A stretch of 64,000 bases of DNA from the human T2T-CHM13v2.0 reference genome, Homo sapiens (GCF_009914755.1 NC_060929.1), one strand, 5' to 3'. Counted from the first letter of the stretch, positions 14,785 to 28,516 are shown. Made by a program: numbers and translations. The notes: generated by a model from the letters alone, not told the origin.

Positions 14785-15060
14785 TGGCCCGGTGACATAA
14801 TTTGGCCAATGAAGTGCAAGGAGAGGCTTTCAAGCTAGTTGGCAGAAGATTGAACAGGCAGCACTCATTTCTTCTTGCATAGTTTCCTCTGCCACAAGAA
14901 CTGCAGTAGTCTACAGGCCGTTCTGTTGGCTTCCATGTGGAGTGAAGATCATGCGAAGCATTGGCATAGCTGGTCCACAATGGACGTGCAGAATGAATGA
15001 AATAATTCGAATTACTTATGGGGTTGTTTTCACTTGCAGCATATCTTACCTTTTGATAAT
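14785..15060 (+). mobile_element. Old MaLR LTR (MLT1H/J-like)
   Basis: gtgacataatttggccaatgaagtg...caatggacgtgcagaatgaatgaaataa...ggggttgttttcacttgcagcata. Confidence 0.5.
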
Positions 15061-15109
15061 TGGTAAAATAATTAAGTGTAGATGAAACAGATAAATGAGA
15101 TGAGATAAA

Positions 15110-15880
15110 AAATAAATGAGTCTGAATTTCAGGGGAGATATATGGGTAGGAGGTATAACTTCGATGGTCAGTAACACAGATGGTGTTATCCAACGGAATA
15201 AGTGTAGAGAACAAGACAAGAAATCGGAAGACGGAGGTCTGGGACCCGCAACGTTAAGAGAGCTGAAAGAAAAAGAGGAAGCAGAAACAGAAATAAAAAT
15301 GTTGAAAACAAAGAGGTAAATGGGAAACCAAAAGAGTATGGTAACCTGGGAGTTTAATAAAAAATGAGTTTCAAAGAGAAGGAAACCCTCAGCTACATCA
15401 AATGCTGCATATTGGTGGTGTGAAATTGACAATTGACCACAGGGTTTAGCAACTTGAAGATCACTGGTGAGCTTGACCAGTTGTGGGGGAAGAGTGGAGA
15501 CAAACGCATGTTTGGACAGGATTTAAGAGAAAATTGGAAAAGAAATGTTGGAGACATCAGATGCAAACAACAGTTCTGAGAGGCACTGAAAAGGGAAGAA
15601 AATAAACAGCAATAGCAGCTGGGGAAATGGGATAAGAAAAAAGAGTTTTTTAAAAGAGGAGAAACTGCGGAATGTTAATGAAAGTAACATACAGAGATAA
15701 ACATGATAATGCAAGAGAAACAGGTGAGAATTGAAAATGTGCCCCAAGTCTGTGCAATAGAATGGAATTCACTGCAAAAATTATTGGAAATATCTTCAGA
15801 TAAGAATATGATTAGTTATTCTGTAGTAACAAGATGAAAACAACAATATATGAGTACAGATGCTGGTACATGGTGGTAGT
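15110..15880 (-). mobile_element. L2 fragment (probably continues 16980-17300)
   Basis: Purine-rich L2 antisense motifs: tcaaatgctgc, gaccacagggtttagcaacttgaagatcactggtgagcttgacc. Confidence 0.6.
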
Positions 15881-15884
15881 AATC

Positions 15885-16215
15885 TGTGTGCTTGACTTCA
15901 AGTTCCCTAGAAGCGAGCCTAAAATGGGGATTCCCGTGCAAGTGACTTATCTAGCAGCTGTTCTTGGAAGCTAAACCTACCAGAAGGTTAGAAAAGCAAC
16001 TCTGCATCCATTCTTTTGTATCAGTGAGTCATTGGCTAACAACCATTTGCCAGTGGTATGAGAGGGTTAGTATAACTTTCCAAGCACTTCCAGAAAAGAT
16101 GATTTCTGTGGCTAAAGACAAGTCTCTGGGGAAGTGTATGAGTGATAAACAATTAGCAGCCAATACTCAGCAGCTTGAGATTGGAAGCATCAGTCCAGGA
16201 AGCAGCACCAACTGC
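15885..16215. mobile_element. ERVL-class LTR relic
   Basis: gttccctagaagcgagcctaaaatggggattcccgtgcaagtgacttat resembles LTR16/33/41 termini. Confidence 0.4.
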
Positions 16216-16324
16216 TATGCTTTCAGAATTATCTGATTACTTCAGTTTTCTCTGCGAAGTAGGAAGCAAGGTCATTAAATGAAAGAGGATGAAAAAGGAG
16301 GTGGTTGATATTTGAGAAGAAAAA

Positions 16325-16622
16325 TACATACATATATGTATTTTATGTATATATAATACATTATACATACATATAAACTCACACACATACCATAGCCATA
16401 TGTAAGTATGTGTGTATATGTGTATGTGTGTGTATATATATATGTGTGTGTGTATATATATGTATATATATACACATGCACAATCATATGACTCATAGGG
16501 CTGTGTGTGTGCATACACACACTCATACATACATACATATGGCTATAGTATCCGTACATATGGATAGACATACACACACAAATATACATGTATACATATA
16601 CACATATAGAAAGAGAGAGAGA
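16325..16622. repeat. Compound (TA)/(TG)/(CA) microsatellite tract
   Basis: ~300 bp of alternating purine-pyrimidine repeats at the MLT2 edge. Confidence 0.85.
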
Positions 16623-16978
16623 TAAATTTACTTCAAGAAATTGGCTTATGTGATTGCTGCCTCTGGCAAGCCTGGAATCTGTAATCCTCAGGGCAGACTA
16701 GCAGAATGGAAATTCTCTCAGGCAAGAACTGATGCTGAAGATTTAAGGCAAAATTTCTTCTTCCTTAGAAAAACCTCATTATTTCTCCTAAGACTTTTCA
16801 ACTGATTCGATGAAGTCCACCCATATTGTCAAGGTACTATCCTTTACATAGAATAAACTGATGATAGATATTAACTACATCTACAAAATACCTTCGTGGC
16901 AACACCTAGATTAGTGTTTGGTTAAATAACTGGGCACTAGAGTGCAGCCAAGTTGATGCAAAAACCTAACCATCACAC
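16615..16978 (-). mobile_element. MLT2 (ERVL) LTR
   Basis: aagaaattggcttatgtgattg...gcaacacctagattagtgtttg...gccaagttgatgcaaaaacctaaccatcaca. Confidence 0.8.
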
Positions 16979-17809
16979 ACATGAACTTGAGATTATGGCA
17001 GGGTTGCATTTATTGGTGATGACAAACTTTATAGTATGGTGATGGTAGGTACTTGAGTTTGGTAGGTAGTGGTTGAATTGGGTTTGGGGGTAAGATCACT
17101 GAAGAACAAATCAGGAACAAAGTACTGAAAGTATTAAATACCAAAATTTTCAAAAATTAATTCAAGAGTAGTATTGGAGGGTGTGATAGTGATTTAGAAG
17201 CCCGAAATCATCAAGAAATGAGAGGAATAACCCAGGGAATATAAAATGTTTCAAGGAGAGAAAGTTTATGAAAATGCAATAATCTGATATTTAAGGCTGG
17301 GGGCTGGGTAAAATAATTTAACTTTACATCTTTCTGTAAATATTTTTGTAGATCTATTGTAAATCTACAATAACTACAAAATGTGATATACACTCAGTAA
17401 CCTACTCTATTTTTATACTTCTGGTTCAATTACTGAACTCCCCACATAGGTAAAAGCAAGGAATCAGTTTCAGAGCTGGGAGTCAGGGACAGAACTCTAG
17501 CAGTTCCTTTCAAAAGTGGTCAAAAATGACAAATCAGGATCTCAATCCTGACAAAATCTGGGGAGCTAGTTTTTAGTACTATCCAGTGATACAGCCCAAG
17601 ATAAAGATAGAAACATTCTTACTAAAGCCAGGAAAATGTTCAGAAATGGATTTTGTGTTCATGCCCTTCCAAATGTTCCCTGTCTCATTGTTTGGTGGTA
17701 ACACACCAGGGAATGCTCAACCCAGAAATATAGATGTGACACAAAGAGTAACATTTGTTTTCACACCCTACCTGACCACAGGCCCACTGATCGCCCATCC
17801 CTGAATATG

Positions 17810-18880
17810 TCTCAAGTGGGTTCACTTGCCTTCATCTTTATAACCATTGTTCTAGTACAAACCACAATTATTTCTTAGATGTCCTACAATAATCTCCTCA
17901 TATGCCTTCAGACTTACTTTACACTAATTTATTTGAAAAATACAAAGAGGATTATGTTTCCCCCAGCTTAAAGCCCATCACTATTATTTTTGCCTTTAAC
18001 ATGAAGCCTAAAGTTATAAAGCTGGCTTACTGTGGCCTTTATGATCTGACTCTGCCTCTTTTTCATCTCTATGTTGTTCTACCCCCTTGGTCTTGTCTAC
18101 CAGGCTCTGACATGATTGAGCTTATCAAATGCCCTGTGTTTGTCCTGAGTCAAAGCCTCCATGAAACCATTTCCCTCTGTCTCCACATTGTCACCTCTCT
18201 TCACTTATTTACTTTCTAATATCATAAAGAATGTGCTTGTTGGTAGGGAGCATTATAAATGAAGGTTTGTGCCCCCTCAGAACTTGTAGGTTGAACCCCT
18301 AATCCCCAATGTGATGGTATTTGGAGACAGAGTCTTTGGAGGTAACTGAGGTTCAATGAGGTCATTAGCGATTAGTGTTCTTCTAAGAAGAGACAATAGA
18401 GACCTTAATCTTTCTCACCCCTCACACACAAGCGCTGTGGAAAGTCCTCACGAGGATGTAGGAGAAGGCAGCAGTTTGTAAGCCATGAAGCGAGCCCTCA
18501 TCAGGAACCAATGGATTGATACCTTGATCTTGGAATTTATAGCCTTCAGAACTGTGCAAAAATAAATTTTCATTTTTTAACAACCCAGTATAAGGTATCT
18601 TCTTATGGAAGCCTAAGCTAACTAAGATTTCTTAATAAGTTTGGCTCCTGGGGTAATTCACTCTGAATTTTTCTTTTTGAGTAAAGTTTCACATTTGCCG
18701 TTCAGGGAAAATGGCTCTTTTCCTCGAGTGTGTAAACATCTACAGGGACAGAGAATGTGCTTGTCTTGTTCATTGTTGAAACCTAACCTCCTGACACAAA
18801 CCATTTGTCTCATAAAAAGCATCCAATAAATATTTACTCATTGAAAAAACAAGTAGATTAATAAATGAATGAATGAATGA
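17810..18880 (+). mobile_element. L2 3' region interrupted by MLT1A
   Basis: Ends ...caataaatatttactc...aatgaatgaatgaatgaa (L2 terminus). Confidence 0.65.
18253..18627 (+). mobile_element. MLT1A-type LTR
   Basis: ccctaatccccaatgtgatggtatttggagac...ccttcagaactgtgcaaaaataaatttt...gcctaagctaactaaga. Confidence 0.8.
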
Positions 18881-19436
18881 AGCCAATTTCACACATTTAT
18901 CTTCCCCACAAGCTGCATTGAGCTAATAGATCAGGAGGACTGGATCTGTATACAAGATGAACAGTACTCAGCTGTGGAGATTAGAGAATATCAGTGGAGA
19001 CAGGTATACATTTTGTTTAATAGTGGAGGTTTAGGAATCATAGGACCATGGACAAAGACTTTGGGTAAATCATAATAAAATAATTAGTTCAGTGAATAGA
19101 AGAGGAACTATTGTGCAGAGTAATAAAAACAAGAGTATAAAATTTCAATTATTAGAGAAGTTGTGATAATTTTCAAATACAATAGGAAATTCTATAAATT
19201 TTGAAATGAACCAAATAAATGAAGTTAAGAGTGACATGTAAAATTAAATCCCGATTTACAGGTTATTAAAATGTGATAGATGAAAAAAATGTTGCAGAAG
19301 CAAAAATGATCTATTATCTGAGGAGTTTAGAAAGAAAGAAAAAAGACCTGCAAATCAGAAAGGCATTGCTAAAATAAGGATGGGCCTATGCATATTTGGA
19401 GTTGATAGGGAAGGAGTTGGAAATCAGAAAGCGATA

Positions 19437-19746
<310 letters not shown>

Positions 19747-20366
19747 TCAGATAGAGATAGAAAAGAATGACCTCCTAGAAAAGATGGGGCATGAATAACA
19801 TGTGAAAGTATGAATGAGTTTATGCTAGAAGGATGTGGATTATATATACGGTAAATATGTGCCAATGTTAATTAAACTTATGCAGTTGATTACTTATAGA
19901 ATTGTATTTCAATCATACCATTTTGAATCTTTTACTTGTTTGCCATATAAAAATTAAACAAACAATAAAATCTGTTATATACATGATTAATGTGAGGATT
20001 TCACATTTAGTAGAAGGTTATATGCAATAATTTTCTATTTTCATTCCAAATGATAAATATGATTATGCTAGAATATCTCAGAAAGCCAACACAAGATTCT
20101 ATAAATGCATCAGTCAGTACACAAACTATTTCTCTATGTATTCTTGAGTTCTGTATTCATATTAAGTTGGCTTTCTGCAAATTACTCTGCACTGATCACC
20201 ATTGTCTATGGTAAATTAAAGCATAATAGCACAGGTTTTAGATATTTAGGTCATTTAAGAAAAATGATCATTAGCAAAGAATTGTCCCAAATGTCTTTAC
20301 ATTATCTACAATGGATGTTGTGACCTAATCAGTATTTTAGAATAAAAAGAAACATTTTTTGTTTAG

Positions 20367-20420
20367 GGATAATTTTTTCTTGCCAAAATGTATGTTTCCA
20401 CAGGTATGGCATTCAACGCA
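20367..20420 (+). pseudogene. Candidate fossil exon (54 nt)
   Basis: ttttttgtttag|G...ACGCA|gtaagt consensus sites; open: DNFFLPKCMFPQVWHST. Confidence 0.35.
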
Positions 20421-20586
20421 GTAAGTTTTCATTTCCTGATTTTGCACAAGTATTTTCTAGTAAAAAAAATGCATCACTGAGGTCAAAGGTGTTTATGGCC
20501 CTCTCTTCAGCTAATCTTCTCAAGAGTTTTTTTTACTTCACCCAGTAAGATGGGATTATAACTTTACAACATCCTTTGATTTTCAG

Positions 20587-20697
20587 ATCTGAAGGAAGAA
20601 ACAGAAAAATGTTAAAATGATTCAAAGGTCATTATGCATTCCCTATTAGAAGGAATGCGGATATAAAATGGATGTAGCATTCTTGGCTATAGAATGT
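20587..20697 (+). pseudogene. Candidate fossil exon (111 nt)
   Basis: tttttcag|A...AATGT|gtaagc; stops in all frames. Confidence 0.3.
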
Positions 20698-20821
20698 GTA
20701 AGCATCCTTCTCTATTTTAGAGAAACTTCAGAATAAACTGCAGTAACAGGATTAGCAGCTGAAAACAGCCTCACTCTGGCCTTGCCAAAGTGAGATGATG
20801 AATCTAAAATTCTAAGTATTG

Positions 20822-21125
20822 GGCCAGGTGCAGTGGCTCACACTTATCATCCCAGCCTTTCAGGAGGTTGAGATGGGAGATTGCTTGAGCTCAGGAGTTC
20901 AAGACCAGCCTGGGCAACATGGTAAGACTCCGCCTCTACAAAAATTAAAAAATTAACCTGGTGTGGTCATGCGCTCCTGAAGTCCCGTTTACTCAGGAGT
21001 CTGAGGCAAGAGAATCTCTTGAGCCTGGGAGGTCGAGGATGCAGTGAGCCATGTTCAGGCCACTGCACTCCAGCATGGGTGACAGAGTGGGACCCTGTCT
21101 CAAAACAATAAATAAATAAAATAAA
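20822..21125 (+). mobile_element. AluJ
   Basis: gattgcttgagctcaggagttc; (TAAA)n tail; TSD aaaa(t/c)tctaagtatt. Confidence 0.88.
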
Positions 21126-22795
21126 ACTCTAAGTATTACTGGATTTTCCTTGATTGGGTAATTAAATTTAAAAATTCAAGGAAAATTGAGTAATACTTAG
21201 AATTCTAATTTATTATTTTTTTTAAGGCTAGATAATATCTCTACCTCATGCATGCATGCACACGCACATGTGCACACACACACATATAATCATGTCTTGG
21301 ATTACTGATACATACACAAGTAACTCCATGAAATACCTAAAAGATCAACTTACATACTCTTTGTAAAGGACCTCTATATTATCCCATTCCAAAGTCCTAG
21401 AATAACGCAGTTGAAAGGAGCTACAATTATTCTAGCATTCCTAGAGGGAAAACTATTTAAAATATGAGAAAAAATTATTACTGTAAATTTTCCCCAATTG
21501 ACTATAAATATCTTGTTGCTTATTACTACTGTAATTTAGAAAACAAAAGGTTTTGTTTTCAAAAGTCAATATTGGGTCCAAGACTTTCATCCCTGACAAT
21601 GCTACTGCAATATAAAATTAACGTATTACATGTAGAGATATATATCTAACCCCTGGAGTCAGCTCAATTAAGTCTTAGTGTGAGTTAATTCCTATTTATT
21701 GTCATTTTTCTCTCCTACTGCTATGATTGATTTTGGCTGGCCCAGTTGTAGTTTGAATAGATAATTAGATTATTTTTATAATTCACTAAACACACAAAAA
21801 ATAATTGAATGAAAATTTTCCAATGAAAATAATACTTGACATAAGCATTTACTATATTAATCTAGAAACTAGACCTAGCCTGATTGTCAATATCTGAGTT
21901 TTTCTTTTTAAAGAAATTACATTTTAATTAATTTCCAATTTTTAAAATTGAACTCGTGAAAAAATGATTTTTTCTATACTAGATTTGATGTGTTTCACTG
22001 AGAACAATATTATACTTCTCTGGCATTTTTTATTTAAAAAAATTTAACTTCTTAACTTTGAGTTTTTCTTGAGAATGTTGTATTTTATGTTCATATCTGT
22101 ATGTTATAAAAATATTACTACATCTCTAAGAAAATTTTATCTCAGGTTTTAAACACTAACATTATATTTGCTATATCAGACATAATATATTTAAAACATA
22201 TGGACTTGGAAAATATTATTTTTCTTTACCTGATTTCTTCTTAGTATCTATGCAGTTTTTGTATTTGCTTTATTTTTTCATTTCAATACCAAATTTAGTG
22301 AAATCTACCAACAACTGAGATAATTATGTGTCAAATATCAGAACATAAATGTATCAAGTCTTAAAATATACTTTTTAAGTGTTCTCATTTTTAAAAACCA
22401 TAGCTGAATATAAATTATTTGCACTTTGAGGGCTTTCTTGCAAATATTTTAAAAGTAATTGCCTAGAACAATGTATCAGGTAATCTGAATATAATTAATC
22501 CTTTGTACTTTGTGATTGACCTTCTTATAGGTGATATACAAAGTAGAATAAGGATGTATGTATTCTACTGCATTAGTTTGCAAATAGACTTTTTTCTTAT
22601 TGAAATATCATTATATTGCAACATTTTCATTTAGTTTTAAAGTACTAGTAACCTGAAATGATACGCTTGTATTGTATATTTTTAAACATTTTTTTGAAAA
22701 GATAAATTAATTGTTTCACTAATCCACTTTTGGAATTTACCCAGAATCTCCACCAAACTAAATTAATTCACATATTCTCTATATGTTGCTTTCAG

Positions 22796-23100
22796 AGATA
22801 ATATAGACTATGTACTACCCCTTTCAGGCCACCACAGATTCATTGTAATCATTACTACAGTAATAAAGTACTACCCAGAGGATTAAAAGAACACATGTTT
22901 TACTCATTTACAAGCTTAGTAACAAAGCATACTGCAGATGCCATACAACAATTGACAGGACAAGCCCGGAATCTTCTCTTTCTTCAGTATCTAAAGAATT
23001 TTAGCCCCATAAAAATGTGACTCTTTTTCAAAGTTTTGCCACAATTCACTTTTATATCCATTGTCCCTTTCAAAAACATGCATAAATCTTATCAGAGCTT
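22796..23100 (+). pseudogene. Candidate fossil exon with RGS-like motif
   Basis: tgctttcag| acceptor; 72 stop-free codons 22802-23017 ending ADAIQQLTGQARNLLFLQYLKNFSPIKM, then *LFFKVLPQF; 3' boundary unknown. Confidence 0.4.
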
Positions 23101-23797
23101 ATGAATTTTCAAATGTCTCTTTTTCTATAATTTTTTTAATTAATGGAATAGAGTATAAATATATGAGTGTGACCCAAAAGAAACAAAAGATCAGAACTTT
23201 ATGTCTTTTAACAATTACTTTGTGCTCATTTATTAGCATAATTTTGAAAATGTTAAGCTGAAGTATCAAAGAAGATTTCAAGAAAGGGTTTGTGTTAGTA
23301 ATTTTTCCATTCATGTGATTTATACACATGGAAATATGGTGATAAGGAATGAAAAGAAAGCAAGCATAAATAAGTAAATACACCTAAACCTCATAATTAG
23401 AATATTTCAAGAAATTCACCCAAAGAAAGCCTAGAAATAATCAACAGAATTAATTTTACTCAAAGACCTGAGTTAAAATTTTCTATTTTAAATCAGTGTT
23501 CAGCTACCATATTATAGGCTGGAAGAAAGGACACTTGAATAGGGAAGTTGCCATGATGCAATTCAGAGATTTCCAACAGCAAAACAGGAGACAGAAGGGA
23601 GTACAAATGCCAAAAATAAAGTAATACTAAAGCAATATTTTTAAAAATTCAGGTAACCATGTAAGAACTTTCACAAGGAAGATGAAGATAAAGCATAAGG
23701 AGAGGGACGAGGAAATAGTAATTTCCACTAGAGGCCACTATCAACTGAGCATTCTCACAGAAAAAGAAGAAGACAAAAAAGAATTTTAAAGCTAGTT

Positions 23798-26480
23798 GGA
23801 ACTTCCCATTTTAGCTCCAACATGTAACAAGGTTAGACGTTCTCACTTTCATTCTTGCAACATGAAGAAAAGCAAGCAAACTGAAAACCAATGATTTTTT
23901 TTGTTGGACACAGAGAAATGAGTTTGCAGGGCAAATTACCACCCTGAAATCTGGAAAGACAAGTGAATCGAGAAAAGTCACACTCAAAATCTGATTATCT
24001 GAAAGAGAAGCTGCTGGAGACATAGACTAGTAATAATACAGAAGTGGTGAATTTGTGAGATTTCTGGATGCTAAGTAGGAACTGCTGTATAAATGAAAAA
24101 TCCTGAAAGGTACAGGTGAAGCGGAGTCCCCACACTTTTATGAATTTTACCTTTAGGAAATGTACCAGGTTTTTGTAGGGAAGATCCAGGAAATAGTCCT
24201 TTGTGCTTGGAGTAGGAGGAAAGGAAGAGCAATCCTTGGGAAGTGCACCCAGAGCCTTTTCCATTTAAAAGGCCGACTCTCCAGGGGAAAAGGCTGCCAG
24301 AGACTTGCCCCAGTCAGATGAAGGAAGAGCATTCTTTCCCTCCACTAGTTCCTAAGCTTTCTGTCTCATCAAACTAGAAACACTGGTGAAAGTAACAAAC
24401 AACTGACAAATAAAAGACTGAGATTTAACTGAAATAAATATGTAAAACTCACCTTCCACAACACCTAGCTCAATATTATCAAGGCTCCAGTATAATAATA
24501 ATGGAAAACAGCTGAAAGAGTTGTAAGGCACAGATAAAAAGAACGACAAATACAAGGTCACTAGAGGTGGTTGAAGCCTCTAGATATACCCACAGCAAAC
24601 ATTCAACAAATCTCCTACCAATATGAACGTAAATTTTCAACTAAAGGCCTATTAACCTTAGATCCCATTGCCTGGATATCAAGAACAAGTTTCAAGGCAA
24701 TGTAAAAGGCAGAACAAAACAGTCTGAAGAGATAGTGCAAGTATTAGAACTAAACTGATAAGACTCACATTTTAGGATTATCAGACAGGAATTTAAAATA
24801 TGACTAATATGTTAAAGGTCTAAATGGAAAAAGGAGACAACAGATTGGTAATATAAGCAAAGATATGGAAAACCTAAGAAATAATCTAAAGGAAATGCTA
24901 GAGATCAAAACTACTGTAACAGAAATGATGAATGCCTTCAATCAACTTAGCAATAGAATGGACATCACTGAGGAGTAGGTGAAGATACGTCGATAGAAAC
25001 TTCTCAAACTGAAATACAAAGAGAAGAAAACAATGAAAAAAATAAATGAAGAAAACATCAGAAAACTGTAGGACAATCTGAAAAAGTATAGCACAAACAA
25101 AGTTGGGATGCCAGAAGGAAATGTAAGCGAACACTGCAGAAGAAATATTTGAAGTAATAATGACAGAAAGCTTTCAAAATTTCATGACAGATTCCAAACC
25201 ACAGATTCAAGAAGTGAAGAGAACATTAAGCAGGATAAATACCAAAAACAAATGGTTATATACAGAAATATTTATAGAAATGTGTATCTACGTGGATTAG
25301 GATACTCACATATGTCCCCTTGAGAGCATAACAACAAGCACACGCCAGAAGTCACAAGCACACCTAGTACCCAAATCTTGGTTTCTAATACCATTCCACA
25401 GTAAAAGTAACAAGCGCTCTTTGGAGAAATAGGTGATTCTAGGCCTGATGCAAGAAATTTACACAGTGAGCCTGGAACAACATCTAGCTTCAAAAATTAG
25501 GAAAGTCTTCCCCTTCCCCCCACAAAAAAAAAACTCCCTTCAGTGATGAGGGTTTGCTAAAGACATACAGGAGCCAACTGAAAGCATACCCAATGGCCAA
25601 AGCTGTAACAAGTTGAGCAACAAAATAAATGAAATTGTATAGGATTTTGATACAAAATAGAAAATAAATATCTGTGATTGTATACCAATAAAAATAAATG
25701 ATGACTAAAGAAATCAATGGCGGGGGGGGGAATAGAAAATTTCCCTGTGCAGAAGAATTCTAACTTCTGTAGGTTTTTCTCTCTTAGAATGATGGAGTAT
25801 AAATTCCCACTCCTTAAATGTGGGCTTCACACAATGACTACTTCTCCCTTTCCATACTCTACTCTTTGGAAGACTTCTACTCTTTGGTAGACTTGTAGAT
25901 TGTTGGTAGAGCTCTTCCAAAGAGTAGAGTATGGAAAGGGGGAAGAAAATTAGTAACTTTTCAGTTGAGGGGCCTAACATCAACCTAAGTGATCAAGATT
26001 AGCATCCACAGTGATAAATCATATTTAGGATATAACGTAATGAGGATAACACTTTATCTCTGTGGTCTTTCTCCAAGCCTATGTATAACAAAACCACCAA
26101 ATAAGTGCCAGTCGAGAAATGTTTTACAAAATACCTGACCAGCACCCCTCAAAACTGTCAATATCGTCAAAAAGAAGGAAATACTGAAAAATTGTCACAG
26201 CCAAAAGGAACCTAAGGAGAGGTGACAACTAAATGTAATGTGGCATCCTGGATTGGATTCTGGAACAGAAAAAAAAAGGCCATTAGGAAAAAAAAATGAG
26301 GAAATCTGAGGAAAGTGTGAACTTTAATCCCGATGAATCAGTATCTATTTATTAACGATGTCAGACGCACCATACTAATGTAAATTATGAATAAGAAAGC
26401 AGGTGTGGAGTATATGGGATCTGTCAGCACTATCTTTGCAGTAATTCCCTATATCTAAAACTTTTCTAAGATGAAAAAGT
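23798..26480 (+). mobile_element. Old L1 (L1MC/MD-type): 5'UTR + ORF1 part joined to 3'UTR, ORF2 deleted
   Basis: ORF1-like 24.7-25.25 kb (gaaatatttgaagtaataatgacagaaagctttc, acagattcaagaag); 3'UTR acaactaaatgtaatgtggcatcctggattggattctggaacagaaaa. Confidence 0.75.
25841..25945. repeat. 33-bp inverted repeat (1 mismatch), 39-nt loop
   Basis: cttctccctttccatactctactctttggaaga (25841-25873) / tcttccaaagagtagagtatggaaagggggaag (25913-25945). Confidence 0.92.
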
Positions 26481-26679
26481 TTGTGCTTAAAAATGATACA
26501 GGAGAAATTTAAAAATCAGTTTATTTGATTATGGTTTCCCACTCTTAAATAATTAAGTCCTAGTTTTGAGGGGGGAAAATTTCATTATCACTTTTGTATT
26601 CGTAGAAATCCTTCCTACTTCCACACTGTTTTAGCTTTCCTCACCTTGTCCTTCCTTTACTCATATATTCATTCCACAG

Positions 26680-26838
26680 ATCGACAGGTCTATTCTATAC
26701 AGTTCTATTTACAGGTGGCCTGATTTTCAATGTACTTTCAAACAGCCAGTGTAGAAAGGTTAGCATTAGATTCTCAGTCTGAAAGAGCTGCAGTGTAGTG
26801 TTCCAAGATTGAATTAGAGGCGATCACCAAAGCTTTGG
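26680..26838 (+). pseudogene. Candidate fossil exon (159 nt, phase 1-1)
   Basis: Long pyrimidine tract + ccacag|; G|gtaaat donor; RQVYSIQFYLQVA*FSMYFQTASVERLALDSQSERAAV*CSKIELEAITKAL. Confidence 0.42.
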
Positions 26839-28516
26839 GTAAATAAGAGGAAAAAAGGAAAGAAAAAGCAAAAAAAAAAAACACCAGTTTCTGAGGATAC
26901 AAGAAAGACAGGCATAGGATTCAGATCTGGAGAAAAAGTAATTTACCAGTCATAGAATTTACTTGATTCAAATTTACCTGATTTGACAAAATAAGCAGTG
27001 TTACACCTCTTCAACATCGCTGATCAGAAAAAGTTTAAAAAAATAGTTTATATTTGTCCTCTATAATTAAAGACACTACTAAATAGCTATAATTTATAAA
27101 ATACTTTATAATAGTCTAAATCATTTCTGTGCATCCACTATTTACATAAAATCATGACAGGACACTTCTGAGCAAGTAGGCCAGCATTATTCTTTGAGCA
27201 CCAATAGAAAATTGGATATAAGGCTCTGGGTAAGATAGAACTAGGATAGAACAGGGAGTTAGCCTGGGGAATAGCCAGTCACATCAACTCTAGTGTCCGT
27301 GGCTGAACAATAACGTGTAATGACGGATTCAGTGGCCAGAGTTTGGAAAGATACAAACTAGGCAACAAAGTTGGTACACAAGTGACTTCTTTGTGGGTAC
27401 TCTGTGCAAGAGACTTGTGGATTTGAAAATTGTATTTCATAACATTTTTAATTGGTCATTAAATGAAATATCTATTCTCCATTTATATTATGACAACATG
27501 AACACTCTAATATCCATTGTGTGTATACATTTTTATTAATAGAAAAGCAACATAAGAGAAATAAAAATTTAAATATTTATTTTTTATATACAGGATATTG
27601 CTATGATATATTTCTTATACATTTGAGTTTAAAAAGAGATGTGTATAAAAGCAAATTTAACATATGTAGTCAATTTACATGATTTTTTATATGCATTTGT
27701 GCATTTTTAGTTACTGTCACTTTTGTTACCTTTTAGTTATTGTCACTAAATCAATTAACTTTTCCTGGTAGAAAGTGAACACTTAATTGTTTTTATTTAA
27801 ACAAAAATATTAAAGCAAAATTTTTAATGCATAATTTTAAACAAACACTCAAAAAGTCTATCACTGCATGAAGTGTCCAAATGGTTTTATTGTAATAAAG
27901 GGAATTCAAATTTTAGAAAGATATGTCATTGCTCTTTAAATAATTTACATTATTTATTAATGTTTTGAAAAATTCCTAGAAGTATTTTTTTATAATCTTA
28001 TTTGGTGATGATCCTAATTAGCTAACAGTTATATGTATGGTCCTACACTTTTATTTTTTATGCTATGCTTGCCTCAAGACCTACCTTCAAAAGAACACTG
28101 ATTTTTCCTTCTGTTTCTTTCTTAATGTGGAACTACTAGAATGTTTCTATATATCAAATGAATGTTTTCCATTATTTATACAAAAATCCTACTTTTTACT
28201 CTCATACTCTTTTCTAACTTACTATTCATTACTTCAGTAATTTATTCTAATCAGTTTTTTAATTCTATAAAATTTTCAATATTCAGTTAGCTTATATTTC
28301 TTTTCTAAAATAGTATTCTCCATTATCACAATGAGATAACAATCTCTCTACTTTGAAATACTGCATCTATTTTTTGTATTCTTTCCTTTTTGTTTGTCAT
28401 ATTTGTCTCTTTTTAAATTTTTTATATTTCATTTGTTTCTATAAGACTAGATTTAGTAAACTAGGGGTAACAAGACACAAGTCCTCTGTCAATTTTTCCT
28501 TCTTTTTCTACTCTAG

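Noticed and set aside
14765-15432. 149-aa and 128-aa minus-strand ORFs
   Set aside because: Span MLT1 and L2 relics; chance ORFs
16237-16625. His/Tyr/Cys-rich ORFs
   Set aside because: Translations of TA/CA microsatellite
27206-27228. Possible micro-exon (caatag|...TGG|gtaaga)
   Set aside because: No pyrimidine tract; too short to support
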